Shown: in pieces, positions 16,663 to 28,547 of the stretch
Layout: each line of letters opens with the position of its first letter
Numbering within the stretch: position 1 is the stretch's first letter
Source: the human T2T-CHM13v2.0 reference genome, Homo sapiens
NCBI RefSeq assembly: GCF_009914755.1
Contig: NC_060934.1
Strand: one strand, 5' to 3'
DNA: 64,000 nt
Position numbers and translations under genes: made by a program
Notes under the pieces: model-generated
The model's database searches: none
What the model saw: only the letters and a program-made list of their open reading frames with translations
What the model was told of the DNA's origin: nothing

Positions 16663-18214
16663 TGAGAGGTGACAGCGTGCTGGCAGTCCTCAGAGCCCTC
16701 GCTTGCTCTCGGCACCTCCCCTGCCTGGGCTCCCACTTCGGCGGCATTTGAGGAGCCCTTCAGCCCCCCACTGCACTGTGGGAGCCACTTTCTGGGCTGG
16801 CCAAGGCTGGAGCCCACTCCCTCAGCTTGCAGAGAGGTGTGGAGGGAGAGGCGCCGGCGGGAACTGGGGCTGCCTGCGGCGCTTGCGGGCCAGCTGGAGT
16901 TCCGGGTGGGCGTGGGCTTGGCGGGCCCCACACTCGGAGCAGCCGGCCAGCCCTGCTGGCCCCGGGCAACGAGGGACTTAGCACCCGGGCCAGCGGCTGT
17001 GGAGGGTGTACTGGGTCCCCCAGCAGTGCCAGCCCACCGGCGCTGCGCTCGATTTCTCACCGAGCCTTAGCTGCCTTCCCACAGGGCAGGGCTCGGGATC
17101 TGCAGCCCGCCATGCCTGAGCCCCCACCCCCTCCATGGGCTCCTGTGCGGCCCGAGCCTCCCCGACGAGCACCACCCCCTGCTCCACGGAGCCCAGTCCC
17201 ATCGACCACCCAAGGGCTGAGGAATGCGAGCGCAGGGTGCAGGACTGGCAGGCAGCTCCACCTACAGCCCCGGTGTGGGATCCACTAGGTGAAGCCAGCT
17301 GGGCTCCTGAGTCTGGTGGGGACGTGGAGAGTCTTTATATCTAGCTCAGGGATTGTAAATACACCAATCAGCACCCTGTGTTTAGCTCAAGGTTTGTGAG
17401 TGCACCAATCAACACTCTGTATCTAGCTGCTCTGGTGGGGCCTTGGAGAACCTGTGTGTGGAAACTGTATCTAACTAATCTGATGGGGACGTGGAGAACC
17501 TTTATATCTAGCTCAGGGATTGTAAATACACCAATCAGCACCCTGTGTTTAGCTCAAGGTTTGTGAGTGCACCAATCGGCACTCTGTATCTAGCTGCTCT
17601 GGTGGGGCCTTGGAGAACCTGTGTGTGGAAACTCTGTATCTAAATCTGACAGGGACATGGAGAACCTTTGTGTCTAGCTCAGGGATTGTAAATGCACCAA
17701 TCAGTGCCCTGACAAAACAGGCCACTCGGCTCTACCAATCAGCACGATGTGGGTGGGGCCAAATAAGAGACTAAAAGCACGCTGCCGGAGCTAGCATTGG
17801 CAACCCGCTGGGGTCCCCTTCCACACTGTGGAGGCTTTGTTCTTTCGCTCTTTGCAATAAATCTTGCTACTACTCACTCTTTGGGTCCGGGTTGCTTTTA
17901 TGAGTTGTAACACTCACCGTGAAGATTTGCAGCTTCACTCCTGAGCCCAGCAAGACCACGAGCCCACCGGGAGGAACGAACAACTCCAGACACGCTACCT
18001 TAAAAAATGTAACACTCACCGCGAAGGTCTGCGGCTTCACTCCTGAGCTAGCGAGACCACGAACCCACCAGAAAGAAGAAACTCCGAACACATCTGAACA
18101 TCAGAAGGGACAGACTCCAGACGCGCCACCTTAAGAGCTGTGACACTCACCATGAGGGTCCGCGGCTTCATTCTTGAAGTCAGTGAGACCAAGAACCCAC
18201 CAATTCTGGACACA
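16663..18214 (+). mobile_element. Solo LTR12C (ERV9 LTR), about 1.55 kb
   Basis: Begins tgagaggtgacagcgtgctggc, ends ccaattctggacaca; CpG-rich 5' part, CCAAT tandem array, U5 repeats; 4-bp flanks acct/ccct. Confidence 0.95.
17330..17780 (+). promoter_or_regulatory. LTR12 U3 enhancer/promoter array (NF-Y CCAAT repeats, GT box)
   Basis: Six CCAATC motifs between about 17363 and 17740, gtgggtggggcc at about 17749; R-region AATAAA lies downstream at 17856. Confidence 0.75.
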
Positions 18215-18306
18215 CCCTGAAGGATAAGAAGAGGAACATGAGAGATGCACACTCTCTAATGGCAGGAGACCTGAAGACCCTCCACAGCCACATGGTAATA
18301 CGTGGT

Positions 18307-18825
18307 CATAAAACTGGGCAAAATGGAGTACTTCCATTAAGGAGAAACCCACCTGAGAGAGTTTGCATTTCAGGATGCAATGTACACAACTTTTTTTTTT
18401 GTGAGAGAGAGTCTTGCTCTGTTGCCCAGGCTGGAGTGCAGTGGCATGATCTCTACTCACTGCAACTCCACCTCTTGGGTTCAAGCGATTCTCCTGCCTC
18501 AGCCTCCCAAGTGGCTGGGATTACAGGCGCCCGCTACCACACTCGGCTAATTTTTTTGTATTTTTAGTAGAGACAGGGTTTCACCGTGTCAGCCAGGAGG
18601 GTCTCGATCTCCTGACCTCATGATCTGCCAGCCTCGGCCTCCCATAGTGCTGGGATTACAGGCGTGAGCCACCGCGCCTGGCCAAGTACACAACTTTTGG
18701 TGACAAATAGTTTTCCACTGAACACTCAGTGATTAAAAAGTGCATATACACAGAATAGACTCACTCATGGAAATTACATTAATAAATTATATAACTGTAT
18801 AAAAAGTCCAAGCGGTGAGCATGGA
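18307..18825 (+). repeat. Local direct duplication A, copy 2 (interrupted by Alu 18391-18683)
   Basis: Colinear with 14356-14577 on both sides of the Alu. Confidence 0.9.
18391..18683 (-). mobile_element. Alu (AluSc-like)
   Basis: Antisense full-length Alu; TSD gtacacaactttt on both sides. Confidence 0.95.
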
Positions 18826-18999
18826 CACTGCACACAGAGCCAGGTAGAAGGTGACTTGCAGAGACATGCACAGAGCAAGGGCACGGTCCAAATTGAGTAG
18901 GTCTTTTTAAGCCAAGGTGAAGTTTTAATTTTATTTTAAGTGCAATGGCAAGGCATTGAGGACTTGAACAGGGCGTGATGTAAACTGATTTATATTTTA

Positions 19000-19311
<312 letters not shown>

Positions 19312-20604
19312 GATAATTGTGTTTTTTTTAATGAAGAAAGAGAGGAAACTGGGAGCTGGTTAGGAGGCCTTTTCAGCAGTTTAGGCAAGCAAGAAGTGTT
19401 AGTGAAAATAACACTATGTCAACAAGTCACGTCACTGGAAACCTCCTCCTCTGCATCTCATTGACGTGGAGATTCCCTCATGGGTTCTGTCCTGGAGTTG
19501 CAATGCTTCAATCTCAGAAATAAGAATCCTGAACAAAAGCATTCTGCAAATTAGGTCTCACATAGTTAGCTATGAAATTTACTTTTTTATCCTCTTTTTA
19601 AGCCTAGTTAGACTACAAGGATTTTATGCAAGCTTTTGAAATTAAAAAAAAAAAAAGAGGCAAATCACATGAGATAAAGACACATGATAAGGGGTAAGGC
19701 AAGTGGGAGCATCTTGTTGAAGCAATGAAAGATAAATACAGCTGAGAAGAAAGACCATGATGTGGCGATTTAGACACACCAAGAAATCCTTAACGCTTCC
19801 AATAAAGATATGGATGGTTAAGCATACGAAATACACACAAAAAGAAAAATATTCCATTGAACTGTATGTCAATATATCATATTTTCAGCACCCAAAATCT
19901 AGAGAGTATGGCCAAAGAAAGGATCTTTGTGGCATTTCTGTGCATGTGAGGCAGTACAGGAAATGTCACTTGCACATGGAAATATTGGATTTTCCAGGAA
20001 ATGTTCGTAGTTCTCTGTAGACAAAGGAACAATATTGTTTAATTTGGGACCATTCAAGGAAATTGAGGATATACAGCAGACAACGAATTACATGATTCTC
20101 TTCCTTACAAATAGAGTCTACCATTTCATTTCACCAGATATCATAATTGTGGGATGACAGAAGGAATTTTCATCTCAACTTAATGGATAGGAAAATGAAG
20201 CACAGAGAGGTGAGAAGAATCACTCTTCATTCCCGGATGACCAGCTCTGGCCTAGACCGCCCCATCCAACCCCACATCCACCATTCAAGCTGCTAGGGCC
20301 TGATCATCTAACCAATGTCCATAACCAGTCACTGCATCCTTGTCTTTTGCCATCTTGTTCCACTTAACAGAGGAATGAGTTTTTCTGGCAAGGAAAGTGG
20401 AACAGAAGGAAAAAAAACCCTGTATTTGTCAAGAAAATAAAAAAGTTTTCAAGCAACATGTCACACATACACTTTTTACACATGCACATTTGCTCATGCA
20501 CACATCTACATGTATACACTCACATGCACACATGCTCACACACATGCACATTCATACACAAACCAATCATTCATCCCTCAGAAGCAGTATATGTGTATAT
20601 ATAT

Positions 20605-21152
20605 ACTTTTTAATTTTAATTTTTGTGGGTACTTAGTAGGTATACATACTTACAGGGTACATGAGATGTTTTGACACAGGCATGCAATGTGTAATAATCA
20701 CATCATGTAAAATGGGATATCCATTCCCTCAAGCATTTATTTTTTGTGTTACAAACAATCCAATTATACTCTTAGTTATTTTTAAATGTACAATTAAATT
20801 ATACATTTAAATTGTACATTTAAACCCACCCCACCCCTAACCCACCCCACTTCTAACCCACCCCACTTCCCCTTCACTCTCCCACTACCCTTCCCTGGCC
20901 CTGCTAACCATCCTTCCATTCTCTGTCTCCGTGAGTTCAGTTGTTTTGATTTTTAGATTCTACAAATAAGTGAGAACATGCAATGTTTGTCTTTCTGTGC
21001 CTGGCTTATTTCACTTAGCATAATGACATCCAGGTCCATCCATATTGCTGCACATGATAGGATCTCATTGGTTTTATAGCTGAATGGTACACCATTGTGT
21101 AGAAGTACCACATTTTCTTTATCCATTCATCTGCTTGTGGATACGTAGGTTG
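20605..21152 (-). mobile_element. 5'-truncated L1MA-type 3' end
   Basis: tttttgtgggtacttagtaggtata...gggtacatgagatgttttga...caggcatgcaatgtgtaataatcacatc; TSD-like agaagcagtatat (20580) / agaaacagtatat (21153). Confidence 0.85.
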
Positions 21153-22582
21153 AGAAACAGTATATTTTTGTCATATTACTTCTGGCCATCTGAGCAAGTA
21201 CTGTCCATGTAGTTTCAGTAAGGAATCAAGTAAGTTAACAAGTAGAAAATGAAACCCAGGAAAAAAGATTAAAAGGCACTGAAATGCTTAATTCTGAAGG
21301 ACAGAGGCTGAAAAATAATTTCATAACAATCTACACACGTAACATTTACACAGAGGTTGATGACTGATTGCCACCATTGTCATATAATTGAATGTCTACT
21401 CCACACCTAGTACAAGTATGCTGATCTGGCTCTGCTAGGAACACTAGAGGATGAATTTAAACTTTATTATTTGAATTTCTGGCTAGTTATCTATATGAAA
21501 TCTGGAGAATAAAATAATTGTTGAGCACTAGAATGGTTTATGCCAAATGAGAGCTTCAGAAAGTAAACTCTATTCCTGAGGTCCATTTCAGCACCATTCT
21601 CTATCCCACTCTTTTCTTTCCTCTATCTTCGCTGTATTGTTCCATGCACACTGCCCTTTTTTTTTTTTTTTTGGTTTCATGCCCTAACCTATTTCAAGGC
21701 ATAACCTAAGTCCCACCATATTGAAATTAAATAATTTTCACCTTTGAAAAACCCCTTCAATAAAGCAGAATTTTGGAATTTATAGATCTAACATCCATAC
21801 TTTCAACTGTTTGCAAGAGATTTCAATTATTTTTACTTTTGTTGGGCATGAATTAGATCCCATGACATGCAGGAGGAAATCACTTCCTGGTGAGAGAAAC
21901 TAGGCCACTGTTGAACATCTACAGTTTAATGAGGATTTGTTGTTCTCTACGCATCTTTGTGCATGCAGTAACATCTGAACATAAACTTTGGAATTTTCAA
22001 GTTTCTTAGTTTGTATCTCTGGCAAATCTCAAGGATCTACTGTACCTAAAGTCTATCTTACAATATAAATCAGAGTCTAGAAAGGCTATAATCTGAACAC
22101 TCTTCCTTAGGAATTCTGGAATCTCATGGCATGCTTCTGGTTCTTCCATTTACATAGAAGACCATTTCGGACAGTGAGAAATACACTAAAACTTCATTTT
22201 GACAGTTCCTGGTTAGTTAAGCCAAAAAATTGATGGGAAAAACTTGTTTTGGGGAGTTTAGGGTCAGTACACAATAATAGGTCCAATAACTCTACCAATT
22301 CTACAAGATGAAGAAAACACCATGAGAGTGCCCTCATACTAAAGGATGAAGAAGGATCCCAGCTCTGAACCCTGTGAGAGACAGTGGGAAAGAGTTCCAT
22401 ATTCAGTCATGGAGAAATGTCAGAGAAGGAGAGGTGATCATGCAGGAGAAGTGGGATCATGTCATAGAAATTTCCAGAGTTCTGCTCTATGGAAATGTAG
22501 TCTAAGTCCTTTAAAAATGATTTCTTAACATAAAAAATAAGATTACTATTCAGAGGCCAAAAAAATTGTTACCATTATTGGC

Positions 22583-22980
22583 GAGGTAGAAGTTTCTAAT
22601 CTATATGGTGAGCAGTGGGAGGTGACATTCTTTGGATTAGAATAAAACTGACTAATTTTGCAAAACTATTGGATTGACTAAAAGACAAAGTAACAAGCAT
22701 AAACGTAATAGTGATAACACTCATCCCTGATTGAGTTCTCTTTATGAATCAGCACTATACACATTATCTCCTTTAATCCTCCTAATTACTGTTTGAGGTA
22801 GGTACCTTTAAGCCGTTTTACAGAGCAGAAAGCCAAGACACAGGAATTTAAGGAAATTTACAATCAAAATTACACAGGGTGCAAGTAGTAGAGTTAGAAT
22901 TCAAGCCTACATTTGTGTGATTTCAAACCTTGTATTCTTAAAATTACTATGTCCTATCTCTTCCAGAAAATGACACAAAG
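22583..22980 (+). repeat. Local direct duplication B, copy 1 (contains a MIR; partner 24534-25705)
   Basis: Shared blocks gtaatagtgataa.actcatcc, agcactataca, tcaagcctacatttgtgtgatttcaaa, plus non-MIR flanks (ggtagaagtt, gactaatt.tgcaaaa, tcttccaga.aatga). Confidence 0.85.
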
Positions 22981-23440
22981 GCAAGGGAAGACTCTTGTGT
23001 TAAAGAAAAAATCCCATGTAAATCTCTCATATTAGAAAAAACTAAAAACTGGCCACCTGATGTCAGGGGTGGGGTGGAGTTGAGACATAAGAGTGAATCC
23101 TCAGGGGTGACTTTAGTTAGAATGGAATCCAGCCTCGAATTCCCAAATGATAGGGAGGGCCAGGAAACCTAAAGTTTCTCTTCTATTTTTCTCTAATTAT
23201 TTAATGTGTGGCAGGTGATCTACGTGTGGTAGGTTGTAAGTTCTTACTTTGTGGGCAAGTGTTCAGTCTATAATAATAATATTTTTAAAAGAATATTCAA
23301 CCTTCAATTGATAGATTCTCATTCCTGTAAGACAAGACATTATGGCCTTGCAGAAGCAGAAGTCAGAATACTGACCACAGTTAGTGTCAAAGGGCTTTTC
23401 AGTTCCCAAAGAACTTGAGTTTTAGTTACATCCTCATATG

Positions 23441-23481
23441 TACTACACTTGACCTTAGTTATCTAAAAGGATGAGAAGCGA
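23441..23481 (-). pseudogene. Tailless 3'-truncated U2 snRNA retropseudogene (about the first 38 nt of U2)
   Basis: Reverse complement TCGCTTCTCATCCTTTTAGATAACTAAGGTCAAGTGTAGTA vs U2 5' end ATCGCTTCTCGGCCTTTTGGCTAAGATCAAGTGTAGTA; 13-bp TSD atcctcatatgta at 23430 and 23486. Confidence 0.85.
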
Positions 23482-24883
23482 CTGTATCCTCATATGTAAA
23501 AGGCATATTCAGGAAGAGACTCTTAAATTCCTTGGACAACAAATGTTTTCTCCTTTGAATAGCTATGACCTTCACCCTTACTTTTAATTGTAAACTTTTA
23601 GAGCAAACAAGACATAATCAACTCATGATCCAAACTTGCAAACTATGCATATGTAGATTTATGTAAATAGCCATGCAAATCAGGTACCACCACTGGGCTT
23701 CTGGGAGATTGCAAATGGAGCCCTTGGTACAGTAGAGGTCAAATATCCTTGGCTTAGAGCTCAATTCCACATGCAGATTTTTACAGGACAATGGCAGCCC
23801 CTAAACGCAACAGTCTTTAAATGCTGTGGTAATTCCATGGTTGAATAGTTTTCCGTCATAATTAGGAAGGGGTGACCTGGTTCAGTGAAAAATGAAGAGC
23901 AGAATGAAGTTGTGCTCTAATATTCCAGTTTATTTAAGTTTGATACTTATTATCATCCCTTCTCCTGCCTTCCTCATTTTTTCACTGTCCATTAAGGGAC
24001 CTCAGCTGGCATGGAACATTGCTTTCCTATTTCAGCTGCCTTTGACTGGGATATTGAATTTCCCTAACTTACCTAAAAGATGGGACAGCCCAAGGCCACT
24101 ATCCTTGAAAATGCCTCTTGCCTTGAAGCGTGGGTACCTTCCCTGAGATGCTGCACCAATGATGCCAATTAAATTATCAAAAACTACAGGAACAAGAGAA
24201 TCTTCAGTGACTATTACCACCACTATTACTAAGAGCCACGAACTCTTAACTCCGAATAATCAACAAAGACCAGAGGATCTCTCCAAAAAGGCCATTAGAC
24301 TTTGGAATATCCTTGCAGGACCTTGCTGGACACTCTTGGGACCAGACTATTACTAGTTTCTCTGTCCTATGGCAGAGGAACGGGACTGTGGAGTCCGTGG
24401 GGGTGATCCTACCAAATGTTAGACTTGGAGAGATAACAGAAGCCAGAAATGTCCTCGGCCATCCATGTGTGTGCATTGGCTATTCCCTTCACAGCCAGGG
24501 TTTTGTCCTCTTCTACTGCAGAGTTCAATTGTAGAAGGTAGAAGTTCCCATGAGATTTGGTGAGTCGTGGGAGATGGCATTCTCAGAATTGGGATATAAT
24601 TGACTAATTCTGCAAAAGTACTGAATGGACTAAGAAATAAGGTAACAACCATAAAGGTAATAGTGATAATACTCATCCTTGATTAATCTGTCTTTATGAA
24701 TTAGCACTATACACCTTACCTCATTTAATCCTTCTAACTGCGGCTTCAGGTAGGTGCCATTAAGCCATTTTACAGAGCAAGAAATCGAGGTACAGGGAAT
24801 TTATGCAACTTACTAATCAAGAATTACATGGGTTACAAGTGGTAAGAGTCACAGGTCAAGCCTACATTTGTGTGATTTCAAAG

Positions 24884-24888
<5 letters not shown>

Positions 24889-24914
<26 letters not shown>

Positions 24915-25197
24915 GAGACGGAGTCTCACTCTGTCGCCCAGGCTGGAGTGCAGTTGCGCGATCTCGGGGCTCACTGCAAGCTCCTCCTCCCGGGTTCACG
25001 CCATTCTCCTGCCTCAGCCTCCGGAGTAGCTGGGACTACAGGCACCCGCCACCATGCCAGCTAATTTTTTGTATTTTTAGTAGAGACAGGGTTTCACCGT
25101 GTTAGCCAGGATGGTCTCGATCTCATGACCTCAAGTGATCCACCGCCTCGGCCTCCCAAAGTGCTGGGATTACAGGCGTGAGCCACTGTGCCCGGCC
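24889..25197 (-). mobile_element. Alu (AluY-like)
   Basis: gcaagctcc, cacgccattc, ttagccaggatggtctcgatc diagnostics; long pure T tail. Confidence 0.93.
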
Positions 25198-25651
<454 letters not shown>

Positions 25652-26489
25652 AAAAGCTTGTATTTTTAATCATTATTCTCTATGTCTTCCAGACAATGAT
25701 CCAAAGTAGTCATTTCGAGTAGTCGGACTTCGAACTTCACCAATACTCCCTGCCCACCAACAAATCTCATGCAGGGAAATTTGAACAGTTCCTAATGCTG
25801 GCCACTCCAAATCTACTGCCACACAGCCCTGCCTCCTTTTCCCCAAGCACTTTGTCCTACAGCTTGACACAGCAAGAATATTCCTGTTCCCTTAACGCAT
25901 TTCCAGGACCGTGGCCAATGGCAGACACCAGGTCATTAAACCCAGTCACAGCTGAATGACTAAAGAGAGGACATGATAGCTTTAATTAATTTTTGCAATT
26001 GAGCCCTGTGTTTCTTGAATAAGATTATTACTTCTGAGTTCCTCTCAATTCCATATCGAAAAAACTCAGATCAAAATGCCAATTTCCTTCCATGAAATGG
26101 TCTGGAAAATAACAGAGATAAAAATCTGAAAGTATTTACAAATATCGATTGTTAAGTGGAGAAAAAGAAATGAGTGAGTTTGGAATTAGCCAAAGTCCGT
26201 GAGGAGTTTCTGAAAAAACGTAATCTACCAGGAGAAAAGCTGTGGTTCTAGTGATGACTAAATTATGAAAATAAAATTAAAAGGGGGTTGAGATACGGAT
26301 GGGGTAGGGATGTAAAAAGTAGAAATTGAAGTTTGCTTTGTTTAGTACAGAGAGATAAGGATTTGGGGAAGAGGGGGATGGGATAGGGGACATTTTCTTT
26401 AAATGAGACAAGAAAAAGTAAACAAGTTATGTCATGTACAGAAAGGAGAAATGAACCAACATCCAGCTTTCAGTTTGCTGGCTAACTAT

Positions 26490-26560
26490 TTAGGTTGATG
26501 CAAAAGTAATTGTGGTTTTTGCCATTAATTTTGATGGCAATTACTTTTGCACCAACCTAA
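26490..26560. mobile_element. MADE1 (Hsmar1-derived palindromic MITE) with a 9-bp deletion in the right arm
   Basis: ttaggttgatgcaaaagtaattgtggtttttgccatt ... atggcaattacttttgcaccaacctaa with TA at or next to both ends. Confidence 0.92.
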
Positions 26561-27857
26561 TACTTTCACTTAGACTATAAATTCTCACCTGTGGTTAGGT
26601 ATAAACCATGTAAGCACTACCAATATTTGAAAGAGAAAATTGTTCTCGCCTGTAATTAAAAGGTATTATATTCTCAGTCAGCTGCGTTGTCCAAGAATCC
26701 ATTAATCAAAGAAGCCATTACATCTCTACTTAGATTAATTCCATAATTGTATCACGTGAGTTATGTTCAAACATTTATTGCCCAATAATTTTCAGAGAAA
26801 AATGTAATAACTTGGGTGGAGATATCATTAATGGGAAGAGATTTTTGGCAAGCAAGTTAATGAAATGCATGAACTAACCCTCCAACCCCAATTATAATGA
26901 ACTTTTCCAAGTTCCAGGGCTAATGGGTAAGCTACAAACGCTGTAAATGAGCTTGCTAGATTTGGGCAGCCCTCTGTGAATGTCAATTTAGTCCTAGAAT
27001 TTTGCAAGGATAATTTCAAGTGAACAAAACCTGGACATCTTCCTCATCTTCCAAAACATTCAAGGCAGTTCTTGTATGCCCATTAATTTTTTAGCAACAA
27101 CTTCCATTCGATCTCTGGATAAAAGGCCATCTTTATATGAAAAAAATTACTTTTCAAAACAGGCAGTAGGTAGTTCCTTTTTAAAATCTCATGTTGTAAA
27201 ACAATATCATTCCAAAAATAATTCTAACAAGACTTTATAGGCTCTCGTAAGAGAATTTATTATGTATTGCCTTTTATCACCGTGCGTGTCAAACAGCAGA
27301 ATTATGAGATAAATGGTAATGGTAGTCATGTGATATTTGCTTTAGGAAATCTAAACAATTGTAAAAAGACACTGTACTTCTATCAAATACCTAATACTTG
27401 GTTCCAGACTTGAAATGCCAGAGGTTTACTGCAAGTCTGAGACAGAAAAGAAGGATTAAAAATGATAAAATTAGGATTTGGGCACAGTCAATCATAACAT
27501 CTTAACATCTGACGTGACCTCTGGAGTTATCTGCACCAGACAAGCTCTCCCAGTCAGAGATGAGGTGAGGCCCACAGCTGAGGAATCCAATTGCCCCAGC
27601 TTCAGAGATGAGTGGCATCTGTAGGAGAAAATCCGACAGGTCCACAGGGAGGGGTTTTTATTCTTTAGCAACAGAATACCAGCAGAACACGTTTTATGTA
27701 AAATAGCGGATGAAATCCCAACCTATAATTGACACAGAATGGAAATGCTTGGGTAGAAGGTGGAGAAGAGGCCCTCATCCACCTGGCACTGCTCTCCAGC
27801 TCCCTGCAATTTCTCTGTGGGGAGTTATCAGACACTTAGGTCTTGGGGAAAATGCAT

Positions 27858-28545
27858 GAGTTAGGACTTCTCTGGTTGCAAAGTAAACAATTCGATCTGA
27901 GTGAGAATTACATCCAGGAAAATAATGATGGTTATTCTAATAATGGTCTCATGGACCCAGAGGAGCAATGCATGTGGATTTGAGGAAGGGACTACAATTG
28001 GGATGGTGGTTATCAGATCTCGCTCTCTCTATTTATATATATATTTGAGACAGAGTCTCTGTCACCCAGGCTAGAATGCAGTGGCGGTTCACTGCAACCT
28101 CCACCTCCTGGGTTCAAGTGATTCTCCCACCTCAGCCTCCCGAGTAGCTGGGATTACAAATATGCACCACCACACTCAGCTAATTTTTGTACTTTTAGTA
28201 GAAACAGGGTTTCACCATGTTGGCCAGGCTGGTCTCCAATTCTTGACCTCAAGTGATCCACCCACCTCAGCCTCCCAAAGTGCTGAGATTAGACCCATGA
28301 GCCACCGCACCTAGCCCTCCCTCCCTTTAAACACACCTGTGCACTTCTAAATTCCATAGGACAAGAATCTGATGGGCCCATGTTGGGTAGGGCCCATCAA
28401 TTACATTGGGGGCTTGGAAGTGGCAGTGTAGAGAGAAGAGGGAGGCCCAGGGTCATATGACAGACACATGGCTGGCTATGATTTAAGTGTCAGTTTCCAG
28501 AGAAGAAGAACTGGTCAGGCCCCCAGCAATTTGGAAACTACTGAT
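27858..28545 (-). mobile_element. Old MLT1-type MaLR LTR interrupted by an Alu
   Basis: tgagttaggacttctctggttgcaa...; agaatctgatgggccca...cagggtcatatgacagacacatggctg. Confidence 0.5.
28031..28316 (-). mobile_element. Alu (AluS-like)
   Basis: Antisense dimeric Alu with a (TA)n-converted tail. Confidence 0.92.
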
Positions 28546-28547
28546 AC

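Noticed and set aside
17330-17740. Regularly spaced repeats superficially like a CRISPR array
   Set aside because: Known LTR12 U3 tandem subunits in human DNA; no unique spacers and no cas genes
16452-18252. Cluster of overlapping GC-rich ORFs (also 29108-30023) resembling a CpG-island gene
   Set aside because: All lie within LTR12 sequence, where stop codons are rare because of GC content
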